Part shown: piece after piece, positions 18,452 through 28,149 of the stretch
How the letters are laid out: every line of letters starts with the position of its first letter
Position numbering within the stretch: the first letter of the stretch is position 1
NCBI GenBank assembly: GCA_964645795.1
Contig: CAZYCL010000009.1
Location: 505 to 64,504 of the forward strand
Length of the DNA: 64,000 bases
Reading direction: 5' to 3'
Source of the DNA: an uncultured Planctomycetales bacterium
Lineage (GTDB): Bacteria; Omnitrophota; Gorgyraeia; Gygaellales; Profunditerraquicolaceae
Position numbers and translations under genes: made by a program
The notes under the pieces: generated by a model
The model's database searches: none
Told to the model about the DNA's origin: nothing
The model's input: the letters and a program-made list of their open reading frames with translations, nothing else

Positions 18452-18910
18452 ATGAATAAAAGCTTTTTGATCGCGGCGCTCATATCGTTTTCAGCCGTCT
18501 TGCCCGCGTATGCCGCAGCGGGTATCAGGGCCGAGGTCGACAAGAAGAGCGTGGTTGTCGGAGAGCACCTGGTCTATAAAATATCCGTTACGACCACGGA
18601 TAAAGACCAGCCGCAGATCAAGTTTCCCGAGTTCAAGGGCTTTAGGGTCCTTTCCAGCGCCCAATCCAGCTCGGTTTCATTCATAAATAACCGACTGGAA
18701 CGCAGCTTTATCTATGTCCTGATCATCTCTGCGTTAGAAAGCGGCAGCCTTACAATCCCGCAGGCGCAGCTTAAGATCAAAGACCAGGTCCTGAACTCAG
18801 AGAGTTTTGAAATAGAGGTAAGGGCTGGCGGGGTCGATCCCGAAGATAAGCCCGCAGTGCCTTTCCCCGCAGGAAAGCCTTACGGCAGCCAGGATCAGGT
18901 TACCCTTTGA
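18452..18910 (+). CDS. secreted hypothetical protein (BatD-like N-terminal region)
   Basis: Signal peptide (FLIAALISFSAVLPAYA). No catalytic motifs. Confidence 0.45.
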   Translation: MNKSFLIAALISFSAVLPAYAAAGIRAEVDKKSVVVGEHLVYKISVTTTDKDQPQIKFPEFKGFRVLSSAQSSSVSFINNRLERSFIYVLIISALESGSLTIPQAQLKIKDQVLNSESFEIEVRAGGVDPEDKPAVPFPAGKPYGSQDQVTL

Positions 18911-18941
18911 CCAAGATGCCGGTATCTCAAGATAGCGCCAG

Positions 18942-21035
18942 ATGAGCAAATCTCTGGATGCTCCTATCCGTTATTTAAAGGGCATCGGACCCAAGAGGGC
19001 CGACTCGTTGCTTGGGGCCGGCCTGAAATGCATCGAAGACCTCCTTTATTATTTTCCCCGACGCTACGAAGACCGGCGCAGCTTCTCTAGCATCTGCCGG
19101 CTCCAGATAGGCCAGACCGCGACAATCAAGGCCGAAGTGCAGGCCTGCAGCCAGCGCAGATCATTCAAACGCAGAGGTTTCAATATCCAGGAGGCCGCTT
19201 TAAGCGACGGCACCGGCAGGATATTCTGCGTATGGTTCAACCAGCCTTATTTGAAATCTTACTTTAAGCCGGGCCAGGCCCTGATAGCCCACGGAAAGGT
19301 CGAGCTCTACGGCAGAAGGCTGCAGATGAACTCTCCTGAATTCGAGCTGCTTGAAGACAAAGAAGATCCTTTGAGCCTGGGCAGGATCACCCCTGTTTAT
19401 CGCATCCCTGAATATTTCAGCCAGCGCACCCTGCGCAAGCTCCTGTGGGTCGCTTTAGAGGAGTACCTGCCGTATCTGCGTGACAGCATCCCCTACGATA
19501 TACGTCGCCGGAATAATCTTATAAACCTGGCCCAGGCGCTGCTTAATATTCATTTCCCCCAGACGCCTCAGTTGCAGCAGGAGGCATATAGAAGGCTGGC
19601 GTTCGACGAGTTCTTTATTTTCCAGCTACCGCTGGTATTGCGAAAGCTGCGCCGTAAGGATGCTTGCGGCATAGCGCATAAAACGCAAGGGGGGCTTACC
19701 GATTATTTCTTAGGCGGTCTTGCGTTTAAGCTGACGCAGGCCCAGTCCGCGGTAATTAACGAAATATCCGCAGATATGTCGGCGCCGGTTCCCATGCAGA
19801 GGCTCCTGCAGGGCGATGTGGGCTCCGGCAAGACTGTCGTCGCCCTCTACGCCTGCATCGCGGCTATCCAGGGAGGGTATCAAGCGTCTTTTATGGCGCC
19901 TACGGAGATCCTGGCCAGACAGCATTTTAACAAGATAAGCGCGCAACTGGCATCCGGCGGGAAGGGGCCGCTAAAAGATATAAAGATAGGCTTGCTTACG
20001 GCAAGCCTGAGCAGGCAGGATAAGGACGATCTGATCAGCGGGCTTGCCAATGGCAGCATAGACCTGGTCATAGGCACGCATTCGCTGCTGGAAGAAAAGG
20101 TAGAGTTCAAGAATCTGGGCCTGGTTGTGATCGACGAGCAGCATAAGTTCGGAGTAGGCCAGAGGGCCCTGCTTATGGGTAAAGGTTCGTCTTGCGACGC
20201 CCTTATAATGACCGCAACCCCAATACCCCGTACTTTGGCGATCACCCTTTATGGGGAGCTTGATATCTCGGTAATAAACGAGCTTCCTGCGGGTCGCATC
20301 CCGGTTAAAACCATGAGGTTTGGGGCGCAAAGCAGGGCAAATGCATATGAACTGGCCAGACAGGAGTTGGCTAAAGGCAACCAGGTTTTTGTGGTCTATC
20401 CGGTGATAGAAGACTCATTTGCCCTGGATATTGCCGGAGCCAAAAGGATGTTTGTGCATCTTAAAAGTTCGCAGTTTAAGGATTTCAGGGTAGGCCTGGT
20501 ACACGGCAGGCTTAAAGATAAGAGCCAGCAGGAGTTGATGGGTAAATTCAGGAATAAAGAGTTGGATGTTCTGGTGGCCACAACGGTACTTGAGGTGGGC
20601 ATCGATATCCCCGATGCTACCTGTATGATAATCGAGAATGCCGAACGCTTCGGCTTAAGCCAGCTGCACCAGCTCAGGGGCCGGGTCGGCAGAAGCGTAA
20701 AACAGTCGTTGTGTCTTTTGGTTTCGGACGCGCAGACAGATGAGGCTAATTTAAGGCTGGAGGCCATGGTCAGGAGCACGGATGGTTTTATCATCGCGGA
20801 AGAGGACCTGAAGATCCGCGGACCGGGAGAGTTTTTCGGAGCCAGGCAGCACGGCCTTAGCGAATTAAGGATAGGCGATCCCATTACGCAGATGCATCTG
20901 TTAAAGCAGGCAAGGCAGGAGGCGTTGTCACTGGCGCAGTCAGATCCTCATCTGGAGAGCAGGGAAGGCCGGCTACTGAAAACCAAGCTTATGCAGCGTT
21001 TCCCCGAATATAGAAGCATGATGGTCATAGGTTAG
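18942..21035 (+). CDS. recG: ATP-dependent DNA helicase RecG
   Basis: N-terminal wedge domain. Helicase motifs GDVGSGKT and DEQHKFG and the C-terminal RecG blocks. Confidence 0.9.
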   Translation: MSKSLDAPIRYLKGIGPKRADSLLGAGLKCIEDLLYYFPRRYEDRRSFSSICRLQIGQTATIKAEVQACSQRRSFKRRGFNIQEAALSDGTGRIFCVWFNQPYLKSYFKPGQALIAHGKVELYGRRLQMNSPEFELLEDKEDPLSLGRITPVYRIPEYFSQRTLRKLLWVALEEYLPYLRDSIPYDIRRRNNLINLAQALLNIHFPQTPQLQQEAYRRLAFDEFFIFQLPLVLRKLRRKDACGIAHKTQGGLTDYFLGGLAFKLTQAQSAVINEISADMSAPVPMQRLLQGDVGSGKTVVALYACIAAIQGGYQASFMAPTEILARQHFNKISAQLASGGKGPLKDIKIGLLTASLSRQDKDDLISGLANGSIDLVIGTHSLLEEKVEFKNLGLVVIDEQHKFGVGQRALLMGKGSSCDALIMTATPIPRTLAITLYGELDISVINELPAGRIPVKTMRFGAQSRANAYELARQELAKGNQVFVVYPVIEDSFALDIAGAKRMFVHLKSSQFKDFRVGLVHGRLKDKSQQELMGKFRNKELDVLVATTVLEVGIDIPDATCMIIENAERFGLSQLHQLRGRVGRSVKQSLCLLVSDAQTDEANLRLEAMVRSTDGFIIAEEDLKIRGPGEFFGARQHGLSELRIGDPITQMHLLKQARQEALSLAQSDPHLESREGRLLKTKLMQRFPEYRSMMVIG

Positions 21036-21036
21036 C

Positions 21037-21148
21037 CTATTTCTTGAAATACTCCCTTATTATGGTATCCGCGATGTTTTGGGCCAGGAGGCGGTTGCCT
21101 TTCTCGGTGCAGTGGCCGAAGTCGCCGGCGAAGATGTCGGTAAAGTAT
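21037..21148. repeat. identical 112-nt block at the 3' ends of both TPR-SGNH paralogs (second copy at 22437-22548)
   Basis: TTCTTGAAATACTCCCTTATTATGGTATCCGCGATG...GGTAAAGTATGC is identical in both copies. Similarity falls to about 75% immediately beyond the block. Confidence 0.85.
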
Positions 21149-22440
21149 GCATTGTAACCGTCTTTGGACACCGCGTCCTTAAAGAGGCCTTCGTTGTCCA
21201 CGAAGATTATGTTTTTGCGTTCCTGCGGGCCAAAGATCATTTTCAGCGGCAAGAGGCTGCGCATAGGGTATTGTACGGCGATCAGCTTTATCCCGCGGCT
21301 ATCGAGCATGCTTTTAAGCCGGTGGTAGTTGCCGATAGTCATTGATTTATCGCCTTCAAGCTTCAGGCGGTCCAAGACATCCGTGTATTTAGTCATAAGC
21401 GCATAATCGCCATTTTTCCTGTAAATAGAAATCAAGTAAGCATAGGCTTTAGTTTCCTTTGGGTCCACGCCGATGGCGTCCAAAAAACATTTCTCGGCAA
21501 GGCCGGGCTTATTTTTGTGCAAATAGATCCTGCCAAGCCCCAGGAGCACGGGGATCTGATTGGGGTCGGCCTCCAGGCTCCTGATGAAGTATTTCTCGGC
21601 GGTATCGAGCTCTTCGGGCGCGTCAAAATAGATCCAGCCTAGCGCGCGGGCGGCTTCGCCATTACGGGGGTCTATACGCAACGCCTGCTTGAAGTATCTT
21701 TTTGCGTGCGCTTGATCTTCAAGCATGCAACAGCTCCAGGCAAGCCCCAGGTAAACAGGAATGGTGGGTTGCGTGCGCAAGGCTTTTTGGAATAGCTCGC
21801 GGGCCTTGGCGTATTCTTTTTGGTCCAAAAGCTGCCTGGCTCGCTCAGCGTATGAGGCAGGTTTTGCCTTGGGTCCCTCTGCGGCATACCCTTTCTTAGA
21901 AGGCAGGTTTTGACATTTAGTCAATGATCTTAGCTTGTGTTTTAGATGCAAGAGGATCAGCCCGGACAGCTTATATGTCTTGAGTTGTTTAAAGACATCT
22001 GCCGTCACCTTGCCGTATGAGCAATCATAAGGGATATGATCTCCGGAGTCGTTTGCGCCCATCATGCAGATGACCATATCCGGATGGTATTGGTTCAAGT
22101 TCTTTTCCATCTGGTCGATAATGAGCCACGTCTTAGCCCCTGCAAGCCCTTTGTCTATAACGCTGACCTTTATACCCGCAACCCCTTGTTCGAGTTGTTC
22201 TTTTAAGAACCCCGGATACTGGTCCCGGGTAGTGGATTCTCCGATGCACAGTATCACAAAGGAGTGTTTTTTTGAAAGCGCAATCCGGTTTTTTATCTCC
22301 TGCATCATAAGCATGGCGCCGCCTGCCAGGCGCAGGCCGGTTTCCAGGATAAGCAGGCAGATAAAGAGCCCGAAGAATACAAGGAGGATTTTCTGCGACA
22401 GGCTTGTTATTGGACTGTTGCTGCGCCTTGGCCGGGTCAT
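21037..22440 (-). CDS. membrane-anchored TPR-repeat protein with a split SGNH/GDSL-hydrolase fold (paralog 1)
   Basis: N-terminal TM helix. Block I LCIGESTT, block III MMGANDSG, about 7 TPR repeats inserted, then block V DFGHCTEKG at the C terminus. Confidence 0.65.
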   Translation of the reverse strand: MTRPRRSNSPITSLSQKILLVFFGLFICLLILETGLRLAGGAMLMMQEIKNRIALSKKHSFVILCIGESTTRDQYPGFLKEQLEQGVAGIKVSVIDKGLAGAKTWLIIDQMEKNLNQYHPDMVICMMGANDSGDHIPYDCSYGKVTADVFKQLKTYKLSGLILLHLKHKLRSLTKCQNLPSKKGYAAEGPKAKPASYAERARQLLDQKEYAKARELFQKALRTQPTIPVYLGLAWSCCMLEDQAHAKRYFKQALRIDPRNGEAARALGWIYFDAPEELDTAEKYFIRSLEADPNQIPVLLGLGRIYLHKNKPGLAEKCFLDAIGVDPKETKAYAYLISIYRKNGDYALMTKYTDVLDRLKLEGDKSMTIGNYHRLKSMLDSRGIKLIAVQYPMRSLLPLKMIFGPQERKNIIFVDNEGLFKDAVSKDGYNAYFTDIFAGDFGHCTEKGNRLLAQNIADTIIREYFKK

Positions 22441-24062
22441 TTCTTGAAATACTCCCTTATTATGGTATCCGCGATGTTTTGGGCCAGGAGGCGGTTGCCT
22501 TTCTCGGTGCAGTGGCCGAAGTCGCCGGCGAAGATGTCGGTAAAGTATGCCCCGTAGCCGTCTTTGGCCACGGCGTCCCTGAAGACTTTATCGTTATCCA
22601 CGAAAATTATGTTTTTGGTGTGTGACTCGAGGGTTTTCTTTAACGGCGCGATGTCGCGCATGGGATATTGTGCCGCAACCAGCATAATATTGCGGCCGGC
22701 AGTAATACTTTGCAGTTTGCGGTAATTTCTCACGGTCATCGGCACATATCCGGCTGTTCTTATGGCCTGCGCCTTCATCATATCGCCTAAGGCAAGCTCA
22801 GGGTCGCCGGTTTGACCATAGACGAACGATCTGGCAGCGAAGGGTATATCGCTGTCCGGCATTAACTCCATGAGCTTTCCGGAGCAATCCTCGGCTTTCG
22901 CCTTGTTGCCGGATTGCAGGTAGATCCATTGCAGGCAAAGATAGTAAAGGCTGCAGTCCGGTTTAAGCCTTATTGCCTTTTTGCAATACCTCTTGGCAGC
23001 GCTAAATTTCTTCTTTTCCCTGTATAACACGGCCAGATCGCCGTAAGCTACATCATTTGAGGGGTAATATTTAATAAGTTGCCTTAAACACCTTTCGCTT
23101 AAGCCGTGTTTACCCATATCGAAATAAACCCAGCTTAATCCCTGCAGGGCTGTTTCGTGCCTGGGATAAAGCTCTAAAAGCCGCTTGAAGGCCTTTTCGC
23201 AAAGCTCATAGTTTCTTGTCCGTTTATACAACCAGCATAATCCTAAATGGGTATTGGGATTACGGGGATTCAGCTCGATAGCTTTCTTGAAGCAACTTTG
23301 CGCCCGCCCGTAATCCGCCTTAGCCTTATAGATATTGCCCAGGCCTATGTATGCTTCGTCCGCTTCAATTGTGCCGGAGCAGGTATCTATGGCCTTGTTG
23401 AAGCAGGCTTCGGCTGCCCGGTATTGCTTCTTGGTGATGAAGCCCCAGCCTGACTCTACCAGGGCCTTGATGTCCTGCAGCCTCTCTGCCCGGGAAGCCT
23501 TCCGTGAACCCGGGTATTTGTTATTTAGTTGGGCGATCAGGCGGTTTTCGTTTAACTCTTCCAGTTTCTTTCTTAGATGCAGCCTGATCATCAGAGAAAG
23601 TTTGTAAGTTTTAAGGCTTTTGATAGCCGCAAGGAGCCCGTGTTTTGTCTGGCGCTGCCAGGGGATAAAGCCTTCCCTGTCATTTATGCCCATCATTGAC
23701 ACGATCATGGCGGGCCGGTATTGGTTTATCAGCGGTTCCAAACGCTCAATTATAAAGTCGGTTTTGACCGCCATAAGGCCCTTGTCGATTACGCTAAAAC
23801 TCAAGCCGAGACCGGCATCGTTGAGAAGCTTCTCCAGAAAAGCGGGGTAAGCATTTTGGGTGGTGGATTCGCCTACGCAGAGTATGGTAAAGCTATGCAG
23901 GCGCCCCATCCTGCGCCGGTTTTGCGCATCCTGGATGGAAATGAGGATGCTGCCGGCCAACCGCATTGATGCTTCGAGGACAATAAAGGACAGGATCAGT
24001 CCGAGGCCGATAAGGGCAAGCTTTTGACTTAATGGCGTGACGGCGCGCTTGGTTGATTTCAT
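22437..24062 (-). CDS. membrane-anchored TPR-repeat protein with a split SGNH/GDSL-hydrolase fold (paralog 2)
   Basis: Same architecture: LCVGESTT, MMGINDREG, a longer TPR array, then DFGHCTEKG. The C-terminal 37 aa are identical to paralog 1. Confidence 0.65.
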   Translation of the reverse strand: MKSTKRAVTPLSQKLALIGLGLILSFIVLEASMRLAGSILISIQDAQNRRRMGRLHSFTILCVGESTTQNAYPAFLEKLLNDAGLGLSFSVIDKGLMAVKTDFIIERLEPLINQYRPAMIVSMMGINDREGFIPWQRQTKHGLLAAIKSLKTYKLSLMIRLHLRKKLEELNENRLIAQLNNKYPGSRKASRAERLQDIKALVESGWGFITKKQYRAAEACFNKAIDTCSGTIEADEAYIGLGNIYKAKADYGRAQSCFKKAIELNPRNPNTHLGLCWLYKRTRNYELCEKAFKRLLELYPRHETALQGLSWVYFDMGKHGLSERCLRQLIKYYPSNDVAYGDLAVLYREKKKFSAAKRYCKKAIRLKPDCSLYYLCLQWIYLQSGNKAKAEDCSGKLMELMPDSDIPFAARSFVYGQTGDPELALGDMMKAQAIRTAGYVPMTVRNYRKLQSITAGRNIMLVAAQYPMRDIAPLKKTLESHTKNIIFVDNDKVFRDAVAKDGYGAYFTDIFAGDFGHCTEKGNRLLAQNIADTIIREYFKK

Positions 24063-24197
24063 ATAATCCCCATTATATATTAAAAGGCAGTTGATACAAA
24101 CTTATATTAGCATGATGCTTATTTTAAGATTATTGTTGTTTTAAGATGGTAAATAATATAGAATAAATCAATAATTTGTCGCCAAGGACAGCCAAAG

Positions 24198-25397
24198 GTG
24201 AGAAGCAAAAAGATAGTAATTACCGGTTTAGGCATACTTTCTTCATGCGGGATAGGCAGGGCTGCTTTTTATGACAACATTTTTTCCGGCCGCTGCGGGA
24301 TAGGGCCGGTATCATTATTTGACGTCTCGCAGCTTAAGGTAAGATCTGCCGCCCAGATCAAGGATTTCAATCCTCAACAGTTCCTGGGCCCTAAGGGGTT
24401 GCGCAATCTTGACCGCAGCACCAAGCTTATCATGTCTGCTGCCAGGCTTTGCCTGGATGATGGCGGCCTGGCAATCGGGCAGGAGAATTCGCGCAGTGTC
24501 GGGATATCCGTAGGTACGACCCTGGGCAGCCTGGCGAGCATCATGGAGTTTGATACCGAAGGTATAAGGGAAGGGCCGAATTTCGTAAATCCGGCACTGT
24601 TTCCCAATACCGTGATCAACTCGCCTGCCAGTCAGGTCTCGATCAAATTCAATATCAAGGGCTTTAATGCCACCATCTCAAACGGTTTTACCGCCAGCCT
24701 TGACGCAATAGATTACGGGCGGGACATGCTGTGTTTCGGTAAGGCCAGGTATGTGCTTGCCGGAGGGGTAGAGGAGCTATGCCTTCAGACTTTCATGGGT
24801 TTTTATAAATCCGGTTGTCTGGCGCCGGTTCCGGGCGGCGAAGGCCTGGTGCTGGGAGAGGGTGCTGGTTTAGTCCTGATGGAAGAGATGGAAACAGCCC
24901 TGGAGAGAAAGGCGCGCATATTCGCCCGGGTCAGCGGATTCGGCGCGGCGTTTGACTCTTGCGGGATAAACAGGTATAATCCTTCTTGCGCCGGTTTAGC
25001 CGCTGCCATGCGCTCGGCGATAGAGGATGCGGGATTGGGTTTGAGCGATATCGACCTTATATGCTCTGGCGCCAACTTTAATCCTGACGGCGATGCCATG
25101 GAGGCCCGGGCCATAAAAGAGGTCTTTGGGGGCGATTTTGATAAACCCGCGATAAGCTGCGTTAAATCCATGACCGGCGAATGTTTTAGCGCCTCCGGGA
25201 TTATCCAGTTGGCGGCTGCGCTTGCTGCTATAGAGAGGAATGAACTCTTTCCTTCGGTTAACATGAAAGACAGCCGGCTCAACAATGGGTTCAATCTTAT
25301 AATTGATAAAGCTGTTACCCGGGCCGTCAATAATGTTCTGATAAATAACTTCGGCCCAACCGGCTGTAATTCAAGTTTGATAGTATCGCGCTTGTAG
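24198..25397 (+). CDS. beta-ketoacyl synthase homolog with all three catalytic residues replaced (KS-like or chain-length-factor-like), GTG start
   Basis: Full KS thiolase fold. Active-site Cys is Phe (ISNGFTAS versus TACTSG), His303 is Asn (SGANFNPDGD versus NAHGTSTP) and His340 is Glu (KSMTGECF versus KSMTGHLLG). Confidence 0.75.
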   Translation: MRSKKIVITGLGILSSCGIGRAAFYDNIFSGRCGIGPVSLFDVSQLKVRSAAQIKDFNPQQFLGPKGLRNLDRSTKLIMSAARLCLDDGGLAIGQENSRSVGISVGTTLGSLASIMEFDTEGIREGPNFVNPALFPNTVINSPASQVSIKFNIKGFNATISNGFTASLDAIDYGRDMLCFGKARYVLAGGVEELCLQTFMGFYKSGCLAPVPGGEGLVLGEGAGLVLMEEMETALERKARIFARVSGFGAAFDSCGINRYNPSCAGLAAAMRSAIEDAGLGLSDIDLICSGANFNPDGDAMEARAIKEVFGGDFDKPAISCVKSMTGECFSASGIIQLAAALAAIERNELFPSVNMKDSRLNNGFNLIIDKAVTRAVNNVLINNFGPTGCNSSLIVSRL

Positions 25398-25460
25398 GAT
25401 ATGTAGATATATGTCAATATATGTAAATATAAGTTAATTAAGGTTGATTAACATACACAT

Positions 25461-26207
25461 ATGTCAGATAATAAGGTTGCTATAGTTACCGGCGCCAGCC
25501 GCGGTATAGGTAGGGCAATAGCCTTGCGTTTAGCAAAAGCAGGCAATGACATTGTTTTTACCTATCTGAAAAACGCCGATTCCGCCGATGCCCTGGCGGA
25601 TGAGATCGGAAAACTCGGCAGGAAGGCGCTGGCCCTGCAGGTTGACGTGCGCGATTTTGATAAGGCAAAAGAGCTGATTGAAAGGACCAAAGAGGCCTTT
25701 GGCAGGCTGGATATATTGGTCAATAACGCAGGAGTCATTCGCGACAAGGCCCTTATGATGATGAGCCGTGAGGATTGGCTGGACGTTGTGGACACAAACC
25801 TTGGAGGGGCCTTCAATCTTACCAGAAACGCCATCGTAACTTTCCTGAAGCAGAAGAGCGGCGTCATTGTTAATGTCAGTTCCGTCAGCGGGGTCGCGGG
25901 CCTGGCGCGCCAGACCAATTACTGTGCCTCCAAAGCCGGGATCATCGGTTTTACCAAAGCCCTGGCAAAAGAAGTCGCCGCTTATAATATCCGGGTCAAT
26001 GCCGTTGCCCCGGGATTTATCGTCACCGATATGATCGCGGAACTTAAACCGGAGTACAGGGAATCCATGATCAGGAATATACCTCTGGGCAGGTTCGGGA
26101 CTCCGGATGAGGTGGCCAGGGTAGTGGATTTCCTGGTAAGCGAGAGGTCTGATTATATCACCGGCCAGGTGATAGTAGTTGACGGCGGCATGTTTATGTA
26201 TAAATAA
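25461..26207 (+). CDS. 3-oxoacyl-ACP reductase paralog (SDR, FabG-like)
   Basis: TGASRGIGRAIA cofactor-binding motif. NNAG block. Catalytic YCASKAG (YxxxK). Confidence 0.85.
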   Translation: MSDNKVAIVTGASRGIGRAIALRLAKAGNDIVFTYLKNADSADALADEIGKLGRKALALQVDVRDFDKAKELIERTKEAFGRLDILVNNAGVIRDKALMMMSREDWLDVVDTNLGGAFNLTRNAIVTFLKQKSGVIVNVSSVSGVAGLARQTNYCASKAGIIGFTKALAKEVAAYNIRVNAVAPGFIVTDMIAELKPEYRESMIRNIPLGRFGTPDEVARVVDFLVSERSDYITGQVIVVDGGMFMYK

Positions 26208-26223
26208 AGAGGAGGAACTTCAA

Positions 26224-26469
26224 ATGCAGGACCTGGAAAATGAAATACGGGGTATCATTGCCGAGATAATAGAAAGAGAGCCTTCCGAGGTGACCCTTGA
26301 TGCCAAATTCTTCGAAGAGCTTGGGGTAGATTCCATGATGGCCCTGGAGATCATGGCGGCAATCGAGAAGAAGTATAAGATAAGCATACCCGAGGAGAAG
26401 CTCGCCCAGCTTACTAATCTCAGGCAGACCTTGGCAGTCGCCCAGGAGTACCTATCCAAAAATAAATGA
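26224..26469 (+). CDS. dedicated acyl carrier protein (second ACP in the window)
   Basis: 81 aa. LGVDSMMALE phosphopantetheine-attachment Ser motif. AGAGGAGG RBS. Confidence 0.8.
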   Translation: MQDLENEIRGIIAEIIEREPSEVTLDAKFFEELGVDSMMALEIMAAIEKKYKISIPEEKLAQLTNLRQTLAVAQEYLSKNK

Positions 26470-26906
26470 TTGATATAGATAAGATTCAGCAGATACTGCC
26501 TCACCGTTATCCGTTCTTGCTCATCGATAGGGTCGTCGAGATCGATCCCGGCAAAAAGATCGTGGCATTAAAGAACGTCAGTTTCAATGAAGGTTTTTTC
26601 TCCGGGCACTTCCCGGATAAGCCCGTAATGCCCGGCGTCCTGATCATTGAGGCCATGGCTCAGGCCTCGATCCTCCTTTTTTACCCTGAAAAAGAAAAAT
26701 CTCCCGGACAGGGGCTGGTGTATTATCTGGGCGCAGTGAAGGTAAGGTTTAAGAGGCCGGTTATAGCAGGAGATCAGCTTATGATCACGGTAGAGCCCGT
26801 CAAAATGCTCTCCGGCATAGGTATAGTCAATGCCGTGGCCACCGTAGGCGACAAGGAGGTCGCTAGCGGAGAAATCAGCTTCAGCGCTAAACCCAATGCA
26901 AAATAG
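26466..26906 (+). CDS. 3-hydroxyacyl-ACP dehydratase (FabZ/FabA hotdog family) paralog
   Basis: LPHRYPFLLIDRV..GHFP..PVMPGVLIIEAMAQ matches the FabZ signature. It is translationally coupled to the ACP and the downstream KS. Confidence 0.85.
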   Translation: MIDIDKIQQILPHRYPFLLIDRVVEIDPGKKIVALKNVSFNEGFFSGHFPDKPVMPGVLIIEAMAQASILLFYPEKEKSPGQGLVYYLGAVKVRFKRPVIAGDQLMITVEPVKMLSGIGIVNAVATVGDKEVASGEISFSAKPNAK

Positions 26907-28110
26907 CAGAGTTGTGATTACCGGGTTAGGGGTCATTTCTTCCATAGGTATAGGCAAGGATAAATTTTGGGACGCCCTTATCCAGGGCAGGTCCGGGATC
27001 AGCCGCATAACGGGTTTTGATACCTCCTGCTATCAAAATCATAATGCCGGCCAGGTCCGGGATTTTGAACCTTTGGATTTCATCTCAAAAGAAAGAGCCG
27101 CTACCATGGGCCGCGCTTCTTGTCTGGGCATAGCTGCGGCAAGACTGGCGGCCAGCGATGCCCGCCTGCGGCCGGAGTATTATCAGCAGCCGGATATCGG
27201 TATAGTGATGGGTACGACCATGGGGGAGTCCCAGGTAATAGAGGGGCTTAACGACGCCTGGGTAAGAGATGGCCACCAGGCGATTGATGCAGATTGGATC
27301 CCGCGCTACCCATGTAACGTTATTGCCGCAAATATCGCCATGGAGTTTGGGGCCAAAGGACCGAACTTTACCATACCTTGCGCCTGCGCAGCGGGTAATT
27401 ATGCCATAGGTTATGCATCCGATCTTATAAGGACCGGCAGGGCCAGGATGATGCTCGCCGGAGGCTCAGACGCTTTTTCGCGGCTGGCCTTCATGGGATT
27501 CAACCGGCTATTCGCCGTAGCCGGCGAGATCTGCCAGCCTTTTGACAAGAACCGTAAAGGCATGATGGTAGGTGAAGGGGCCGCTGTCTTAGTGCTGGAA
27601 TCGTTGGATGAGGCCTTGTCCCGCGAAGCCCCGATATACGCGGAAGTCGCAGGTTACGGCCTCAGCTGTGATGCGCATCACATGACTGCGCCTTTTGCAG
27701 AGGGTATTGCCCAGGCGATCAAAAGCTCTATTGATGCCTGCGCAGTAAAGCCGGAAGAAGTAGATTATATAAGCGCTCACGGGACCGGAACTGCTTCCAA
27801 CGATAAAGAGGAGTGTCTGGCGATAAAGAAGGTTTTCGGCGAGAGGAGAGTTGCAGCCAGCTCCATAAAATCCATGCTCGGCCACACTATGGGGGCTGCC
27901 TCGGCAATAGAGGCGCTTGCCTGCTGCCTGGTTATAACCGGTGGCGTGATCCCGCCGACCATAAATTACAAGACGCCGGATCCCGAATGCGACATTGACT
28001 GTGTGCCTAACACAGCCCGGAAAGCCGACGTGCGCGTTGCCATAAATAACGCTTCTGCCTTCGGCGGCAACAACTCCTGCCTGGTGCTTAAAAAGTATCC
28101 CCCTAATTAA
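26896..28110 (+). CDS. beta-ketoacyl-ACP synthase (KAS I/II-like) with an intact catalytic triad
   Basis: Cys in CACAAGNYAIG. His in SAHGTGTASND. His in KSMLGHTMGAAS. Confidence 0.85.
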   Translation: MQNSRVVITGLGVISSIGIGKDKFWDALIQGRSGISRITGFDTSCYQNHNAGQVRDFEPLDFISKERAATMGRASCLGIAAARLAASDARLRPEYYQQPDIGIVMGTTMGESQVIEGLNDAWVRDGHQAIDADWIPRYPCNVIAANIAMEFGAKGPNFTIPCACAAGNYAIGYASDLIRTGRARMMLAGGSDAFSRLAFMGFNRLFAVAGEICQPFDKNRKGMMVGEGAAVLVLESLDEALSREAPIYAEVAGYGLSCDAHHMTAPFAEGIAQAIKSSIDACAVKPEEVDYISAHGTGTASNDKEECLAIKKVFGERRVAASSIKSMLGHTMGAASAIEALACCLVITGGVIPPTINYKTPDPECDIDCVPNTARKADVRVAINNASAFGGNNSCLVLKKYPPN

Positions 28111-28149
28111 AATTCCCATTTCTATAATTTGTGATATAATACTTTCTTC

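Noticed and set aside
21079-22625. Plus-strand ORFs (21079..21345 and 22404..22625) sharing the peptide VLGQEAVAFLGAVAEVAGEDVGKVC
   Set aside because: They are antisense translations of the duplicated 3' block of the two TPR-SGNH genes. The repeat explains the shared peptide.
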